This document shows positions 58,090 through 64,000 of a DNA stretch of 64,000 nucleotides, piece after piece. The number at the start of each line of letters is the position of its first letter. Within the stretch, counting starts at the first letter, position 1. The notes below the pieces were generated by a model that saw only the letters and a program-made list of their open reading frames with translations, was not told where the DNA came from and did no database searches. The position numbers and the translations under genes are program-made. Origin of the DNA: a virus. The stretch is from IMG/VR virus record IMGVR_UViG_3300030041_000010; one strand, written 5' to 3'.

Positions 58090-58683
58090 ATGAATACGGC
58101 CCCTGTATCAGTCACACCTTGGGATTTAGAGCTTGTGGAAAATGAAGGAACAAAACCTATGACCGCTACCGCTTCGATGATTGAAAATTTGGCTAAGACT
58201 GCACGCATCCTGTGTGAAGACGAAGAAGTAAACTCTGACTCTACACTTCAAGCGATTGTTGGCGACCCGTCAGACTCTCGTTCTTCCACGTTTGTCCAGT
58301 TCAAGCCGAATCCCGGCACTATGCAACTCCCCAACCCGCTATCTCCGATTGAAGGGGATGAGATTTTCTTTGCGTATATGATTCCCGGCTCCCGCTTTCA
58401 ATCTCATGATGGTTCCGAGTGGATGATTCAGAACTATGTTAACCCAGATGAGATTGAGATTTACAATGTATGGTACCCATCGGTTCAACCCATTGTATCT
58501 CTCAATGACGTTCGCCGTTCCATTCATCAGTGGACTAGCCCGATAACACAGACGGTACCGCCTCCACCTCCGGGTGTCGATTACGGTGCTCTGCCTGTCA
58601 AGATTGTTGACGGGCCTGAGCGTTATGGTGCTGGCGACCAGATTACCGACTATCAGAAAAATGACGGTGGCGGTGGCTGGTAA
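58090..58683 (+). CDS. Hypothetical protein
   Basis: ORF in the late block. Confidence 0.5.
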   Translation: MNTAPVSVTPWDLELVENEGTKPMTATASMIENLAKTARILCEDEEVNSDSTLQAIVGDPSDSRSSTFVQFKPNPGTMQLPNPLSPIEGDEIFFAYMIPGSRFQSHDGSEWMIQNYVNPDEIEIYNVWYPSVQPIVSLNDVRRSIHQWTSPITQTVPPPPPGVDYGALPVKIVDGPERYGAGDQITDYQKNDGGGGW

Positions 58684-59049
58684 ATGGGTGCCTTGGGCAA
58701 AAAACTCCGCACAATAGAAGGCGGCATTCTCGCTTTTTGTTGCCCCGGTTGTGAGGAGTGCCATGGTGTAAGTGTAAGCGGGGATCACCCTGTATGGGGG
58801 TGGAATGGGAGCGTGGATGCTCCTACTTTCACCCCCAGTATTTTGGTGCGTTCGGGACATTATGCTCCGAATGGTGTTACCAATAGCTGCTGGTGTACCT
58901 ATGACGCGGAGCACCCGGATCATCCCTCTGGTTTCAAATGCAAGGTGTGCCACAGTTTTGTAACAGATGGGAAGATTCAGTTCCTCTCCGATAGTACGCA
59001 CAAGCTTTCTGGACAGACTGTAGAGATTCCTGACTGGGATACGTGGTAA
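58684..59049 (+). CDS. DUF6527-like Zn-binding protein
   Basis: CPGC..CH...W.WNG....PTFTPSI...CHSFVTDGKIQFLSDSTH. Confidence 0.7.
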   Translation: MGALGKKLRTIEGGILAFCCPGCEECHGVSVSGDHPVWGWNGSVDAPTFTPSILVRSGHYAPNGVTNSCWCTYDAEHPDHPSGFKCKVCHSFVTDGKIQFLSDSTHKLSGQTVEIPDWDTW

Positions 59050-59081
59050 CTTAACTTTCCTCCTCTAGGGTAGAGGCGTCT

Positions 59082-59543
59082 GTGTTCATATACAAAGTCA
59101 CCAATAAGCTAAATGGTAAGGTCTACATCGGGAAGACTGTGCGTCCAGTTGACGTGCGGTGGGCACAGCATCTTTGGTTTGCTAAGATGGGTGGCGGGTG
59201 TCCTTATCTGGGTGCAGCCATACGTAAGTATGGTTCAGAGGCGTTTGAAGTAGAGCAACTAATTCAAGCTATAAGTGAAGACGAACTAAATAAGATGGAG
59301 AAGGGGTTCATCCAACAGTTTCAGTCGTACCGCCGAGAGTTAGGTTACAACTTGACTTTGGGACAAAAGATACAAAATGCAAACTCTAAGACTTATGAAT
59401 TTCTGTCCCCGACGGGGGGCACAGTTGTCATTACTAACTTGAAGGCATTTTGTCTGGAACAGGGGCTAAATGCTTCTCACATGAATTCAACCTATCATGG
59501 AAGTCGTAAACAGCACAAGGGGTGGACAAGATGCTCGATTTAA
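59082..59543 (+). CDS. Short GIY-YIG homing endonuclease
   Basis: FIYKVTN..NGKVYIGKT...AIRKYG...GYNLT; C-terminal HKGW. Confidence 0.8.
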   Translation: MFIYKVTNKLNGKVYIGKTVRPVDVRWAQHLWFAKMGGGCPYLGAAIRKYGSEAFEVEQLIQAISEDELNKMEKGFIQQFQSYRRELGYNLTLGQKIQNANSKTYEFLSPTGGTVVITNLKAFCLEQGLNASHMNSTYHGSRKQHKGWTRCSI

Positions 59544-61156
59544 CTGGGGCTAACCTCGTATCGTACCTCATGCGTGTTATTCGGGACTCTGTATCTCGAA
59601 ATCCAAGGTTTAATCAATCCCTCGGTGAAGTTACATTCCAATCTAACAACATGATTCAGTATCGCGATGTGCAGATTACTGTTCGTGATGTTAGCACCTC
59701 CGGTAATAGACTCAGCCCCGATTATTTTGTTTGTAATCAGTATGGTAGAGCCCTTGTTGCCAAGGTTGAAAACAAAGAAGGTACCTTCATTGAGTGGATT
59801 AAGGAAACGGATGTCACGGGGCAAACCCCGGTCTCCGGAGTCTACTATTTCAACGTCAATGCGGTGAATGAAAAGACCAACGATGTTGATTTAACGATCC
59901 ATAAGTTCCGCTGGGTTGAAGGCAAATATTACAATGCAGTCGGCTCTATCGCTTACCTGAAAAGTGGCATTGACGGTACCACTCTCACCGCCAAAGATTT
60001 GGCAACAGGGGACACCGTCGCCATCGAAGGGTTTGTAAATTATGTCATTCTTACCGTCCCGACTCAAACCCTTCAACTCTATTATGCCGACGATACCCCT
60101 CTTGTTCCTATGACAGATTTTTGGTACCAACGAGCCAGTTCAGAGGTGATTATTCAAAGCACATTGGGAGGTGCGGAAGTAGCCAACATTCCCGGCCAGT
60201 GGGTGTCTTTCACATTGTTCGATCAAGACAATTATCAGCTTCAAAAAAACAGGGATTGGCAGTATTTCGGAAAAGGGTTCATTCAGTTAGGTCAGTGGAG
60301 CCCAGCGGGGAGCACCATCACGGCGAACATTGTTCAGAAGGTTGACCCCTCAACTGTATCAGGTACCAACCCAGAGAATATCCTTCATCTTGGTGTCGGC
60401 CCTAACGAAAGTCTAGCCCCCGGACAAGTGTTCATCCATACAACTGAGGGTGACTGGTACGATGCAACGGTCAACGCCGATGGCACGGTAACGCTGCCCC
60501 AACTCCTCAAACCCGGTGAGTGGGTTCGTTGGGAGGTTCGTATCGACGCAGGTCAAACCACCTGTCGAGGAAAGAAGTTCGCCATCAATGGGTTCTGGCA
60601 AACATACACAGACCTGCAAGGAACTCTTCAATATTATCTCGACCCCAGCACTCAACAACGTGTTGATGCTTTTCCCGGACTAGCCGTTGCCATGGGAGAC
60701 GCTGTTGTGGCCGGTGACCAAGCAGCCCTCATCGTGAGTCCAACTACAACTGAGACATATGAGGTTTATGGCTCCAAGGAGAACTTGGATTTCACACTAG
60801 ACTTTCGTTCTAATGACCTTCAGACATCCTCTGATTTAAGTGAGTTGCTCAAGCAGCAGCTTTTGATTATGCGTCGGCAGAATATGGAAGCTGATGGCAT
60901 TACTATTTTTGAGGCGCGGCGGTCGTATCGTGGTCAGCAACGTGACATGTCAGGAACTGCACCTATGTTTGTTTATAGCGTTTCCATTTCAGCTTCGGCT
61001 GATTGGAAGGTTTTTATACCCAAAGTGACCCGAGTGACCTCTTTCGAGATTAGCGATACAGCGGCTATTCCTGATTTCCAAGGGAAACTGGAGATGACGC
61101 CTCGGGTTTCGGCACTTGGCTCTACGCGATTTCAATTTATTAACCACTACTCGTGA
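59531..61156 (+). CDS. Probable tail-completion/structural protein
   Basis: Beta-rich ORF between the neck and sheath genes. Confidence 0.5.
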   Translation: MLDLTGANLVSYLMRVIRDSVSRNPRFNQSLGEVTFQSNNMIQYRDVQITVRDVSTSGNRLSPDYFVCNQYGRALVAKVENKEGTFIEWIKETDVTGQTPVSGVYYFNVNAVNEKTNDVDLTIHKFRWVEGKYYNAVGSIAYLKSGIDGTTLTAKDLATGDTVAIEGFVNYVILTVPTQTLQLYYADDTPLVPMTDFWYQRASSEVIIQSTLGGAEVANIPGQWVSFTLFDQDNYQLQKNRDWQYFGKGFIQLGQWSPAGSTITANIVQKVDPSTVSGTNPENILHLGVGPNESLAPGQVFIHTTEGDWYDATVNADGTVTLPQLLKPGEWVRWEVRIDAGQTTCRGKKFAINGFWQTYTDLQGTLQYYLDPSTQQRVDAFPGLAVAMGDAVVAGDQAALIVSPTTTETYEVYGSKENLDFTLDFRSNDLQTSSDLSELLKQQLLIMRRQNMEADGITIFEARRSYRGQQRDMSGTAPMFVYSVSISASADWKVFIPKVTRVTSFEISDTAAIPDFQGKLEMTPRVSALGSTRFQFINHYS

Positions 61157-61289
61157 CCTGTGAAATTTTTCAAGAGAGACCAAGCAAAAAGTCTACACGC
61201 AAGTGGACTTTCACTTTCAGCTATAGCAGAGCAAATAAATATGTCGATGACATTTGTCCGTCGCCATATCAAGTTTAAGGAAGGCATGT

Positions 61290-61820
61290 ATGCCAACTAA
61301 GAAAGTATATCGTTGTGAACCTTGCAACTTTGAATACGAGCACCTTTCATTTGGAACCAAGTGGGACAAAGCGGTTCCTCCTTGCTCCGTTTGTGGAAAG
61401 GCTATGACTTACGAAGAGCCGGAGATTAGCGAAGACTATGTGTACAACTGTTTGACTGAGACGTGCAAGATCACATTTAGTGTGGAGCACTTAACAGGAC
61501 AGGCACCTAAAACGTACCCATGTCCTCTGTGTAGTGTACCTGCCCCAAAGAAGCTTGAAGGTTTTGCCATCGTTCATGGGAAAACTATGAACAAGGGCGC
61601 GAGTGTGGACGTGGCGATTGGTCGATCCGCAGAGGAAAGATGGGGTCGAATTCACGAACGTAAAGCGGTTCGTGATAAGTTTCGCAAGGAAACGGGGACA
61701 CAAGCATTATCCATCACTGAAAGTAATGGACAGGTGTTTGGAAAACCTATAAAGGATGGACGTTTGGCAGAGGTTGAAGCAACATCAATGCCTAAAATTC
61801 CATTAAACAAGAATAACTAA
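61290..61820 (+). CDS. FmdB-like double Zn-ribbon protein
   Basis: MP...YRCEPC..EYE...CSVCG; second CxxxxC/CPLC. Confidence 0.6.
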   Translation: MPTKKVYRCEPCNFEYEHLSFGTKWDKAVPPCSVCGKAMTYEEPEISEDYVYNCLTETCKITFSVEHLTGQAPKTYPCPLCSVPAPKKLEGFAIVHGKTMNKGASVDVAIGRSAEERWGRIHERKAVRDKFRKETGTQALSITESNGQVFGKPIKDGRLAEVEATSMPKIPLNKNN

Positions 61821-61877
61821 GAAAAATTTGGACTTTGGTTTTCTCAGATTGAAGTCCATTTTAGACTGGAGCACCTC

Positions 61878-64000
61878 ATGGCGTTGTTTGGTTCGTATGC
61901 ACCCCCCGGAGTTTACACAAGCGTGATTATTTCAGGCGGCGGGCAGCCGCTGTTCGGTTCCGCTCGTATCCCCGTCATTATTGGTGAGGGTCAACAGTCC
62001 TTCACTCAAAACAATGTGGAACTGTTTCGTGGCTCCTCCGCAGTCGCTGATCCCCAAGCAGTCAATGAGAATCTGTCTGACCAAGTCACCGGCACAACAA
62101 ACACCTTTACCACAACTTATTTCCCTGTGGTTAACAGCGGTGGTACCGGCACAGTAACCACTGACCCCACACAGATTCAGGTAACAGTAGACGGCGTCCC
62201 AGCCACAGTAATTTCTTTGAATGGTACGACTGGTTCGTTTGTTCTGCAAGACATTCCTGCTCTAGGAAGTAACCTTGTGGCAACCTACTACTTCCTGCGT
62301 GGCGATACCCTCATCTCCAATGAGAACTTGGCCCCTCAGATTCCGGTTTTCGCCAGTCTCACTGTCTCAGGAGCTTCATCCTCTTCAATCATCCTCGGTA
62401 CAACGCTTCCCGGTGCCGTGGGTAACGAAGTCTCTCTCCAACTGGTCAGCACGGGTCCGGGTGTCACTGATTCTCTAGCAGTCTCAGGGTATGGCACCAA
62501 CACCATCGTCATCAATATTCTGAAGACAGACTCTACCACAAGGACTGTTGTTGATCTTCACAACCTTGTTGAAGCGGGTATTCTTACCCTCTCCGCTGGG
62601 TACCTTACAGCCACGACTCCGGTTGGTACTGGAGCCTTGTCCACTTTGTCTACTACTCACCTAACTGGTGGGGCTGGCCCGAACTCCAACACTCAGTTCC
62701 AAGTCCATAATCTTCCAATTGTGGATGGTACAAACGGCGGTGTTGTGACTACAAGCCCAGCAAAGGTTACCGTAAAGGTCAATGGAGTCGCGGTCGCAGT
62801 TTCGGCTGTCGATGGTGCGGCTGGTTTGGTGACTCTTGTTAACCCGGTACCTTCTACTACTTCCACCTTTACCATCACGTACTTCACAAACACCTATCAG
62901 AACACCTACGATTTGCTACCGGCTAGTAATGTTGCCAGCATCGTTGAGGTTGGCCTCGGCCCAAATCGTGCTGACTTCATTCAGGATGTGGATTACGTGT
63001 TGGGTACTGATTCGAACGGCAATCCAATTCTCAACTGGGGCGCTTCGACCTCGACTACAGTAGGAACCTCAAACTCCGCTGACACTACACCATTCGGCCC
63101 TGCCGACATCGTCACCACCTTGGTGGATGAACATGTGTACTTGCAGTTCGCTGGTACAGGCAACGGTAATACGGCGGTCTTCACACTTCCTGATGTTCCA
63201 ACAGATGGTAGTGGTTTAGACAACCCGACTGACAACCCGAATCTAATTCAGGTTTATGTTGGCACCAACCCCTACCTTGCATATCAGGCCGGTGCGGTAA
63301 AGGTTGCTCGTGTGAACGGCGCTTCGGCACAGGTCACTTTGTACAATATCCCTTCTGCTGGAAGCTATGTATATGCCAGCTACTATCGCAACACGTTGAA
63401 TGACCACAGCTACACATTGAGCGTTGTCAATGCGGCTCAGTCTGGTCAGGGCACTTACACAATTGCCAACGAGCTTGGTTATATCCTCCCTGTGGTTGCC
63501 AACAGCACCAACACGGTAGCAGCTTCCAACTTCGCAACAACCGGCATTGTCTATCCACATGCGTTCTCGGATGCATGGGACGAGCCCAATGCTCCGAATG
63601 AAACCATCACTCTGACATTCAACAATGACGGTTCGACCACCACACCCGGTGTTCAGGCATCATTGATTACGCAGGGTATCACTTTCACCGCCACTACAAC
63701 GGGGACAAGCGGCAACTCTGTAACCATCGCGTTTACTAGCGTTGGTTCTGCTGATTCGGCAGCTATCACAGGGGGTGGCACCAATGCCCTAACAGTGGAC
63801 ATCACAACATCAGGTTCTGCAACCCGTACAACTGCTCAAATTGTGGCTTTGTTTGGTACCTACCCACCAACTACAACGGGAGGTGGCATAATCACCGCGA
63901 CGGGTGGTTCATCGAGCAATGCAGCAATCGCTTCTCTTCTGCACTTGGCTGGTGGTATAAACCCAACCTCCGTCCCCTACACGCACAGCTATGCTGTTAC
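61878..64000 (+). CDS. Tail sheath protein, 3'-truncated by the window edge
   Basis: SD GGAG; MALFGSYAPPGVYT start typical of sheath proteins; absent from the ORF track, consistent with no in-frame stop before the window end. Confidence 0.8.
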   Translation, partial: MALFGSYAPPGVYTSVIISGGGQPLFGSARIPVIIGEGQQSFTQNNVELFRGSSAVADPQAVNENLSDQVTGTTNTFTTTYFPVVNSGGTGTVTTDPTQIQVTVDGVPATVISLNGTTGSFVLQDIPALGSNLVATYYFLRGDTLISNENLAPQIPVFASLTVSGASSSSIILGTTLPGAVGNEVSLQLVSTGPGVTDSLAVSGYGTNTIVINILKTDSTTRTVVDLHNLVEAGILTLSAGYLTATTPVGTGALSTLSTTHLTGGAGPNSNTQFQVHNLPIVDGTNGGVVTTSPAKVTVKVNGVAVAVSAVDGAAGLVTLVNPVPSTTSTFTITYFTNTYQNTYDLLPASNVASIVEVGLGPNRADFIQDVDYVLGTDSNGNPILNWGASTSTTVGTSNSADTTPFGPADIVTTLVDEHVYLQFAGTGNGNTAVFTLPDVPTDGSGLDNPTDNPNLIQVYVGTNPYLAYQAGAVKVARVNGASAQVTLYNIPSAGSYVYASYYRNTLNDHSYTLSVVNAAQSGQGTYTIANELGYILPVVANSTNTVAASNFATTGIVYPHAFSDAWDEPNAPNETITLTFNNDGSTTTPGVQASLITQGITFTATTTGTSGNSVTIAFTSVGSADSAAITGGGTNALTVDITTSGSATRTTAQIVALFGTYPPTTTGGGIITATGGSSSNAAIASLLHLAGGINPTSVPYTHSYAV

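Overview
64-kb segment of a large myovirus-type (jumbo-like) phage genome; almost all genes are on the + strand and the host cannot be determined from this window. 1-23.9 kb: virion/baseplate genes (giant Ig-repeat protein, gp25-like, baseplate J-like, collagen-like fibre) with homing endonucleases. 17.5-28.7 kb: multidomain cargo-like proteins with ART, Nudix and ParB-like domains joined by K-x-A linkers. 28.9-46.2 kb: an unusual translation-control island. It holds a circularly permuted tmRNA, two amber (CUA) tRNAs, two genes opening with Met-Thr-TAG, three Pth2-like hydrolases, a Thr-codon leader-peptide attenuator upstream of five tRNA-Thr genes, two oversized tRNA-like RNAs, an RNA ligase, and a TROVE-like/TerD gene flanked by four covarying copies of a Y-RNA-like structured repeat. 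47-55 kb: intein-containing UvrD helicase and an NAD+ salvage pair (NadM-Nudix and NAMPT). 55.6-64 kb: neck/tail genes ending in a truncated tail sheath. All family assignments come from motif recognition by eye; no database searches were run.
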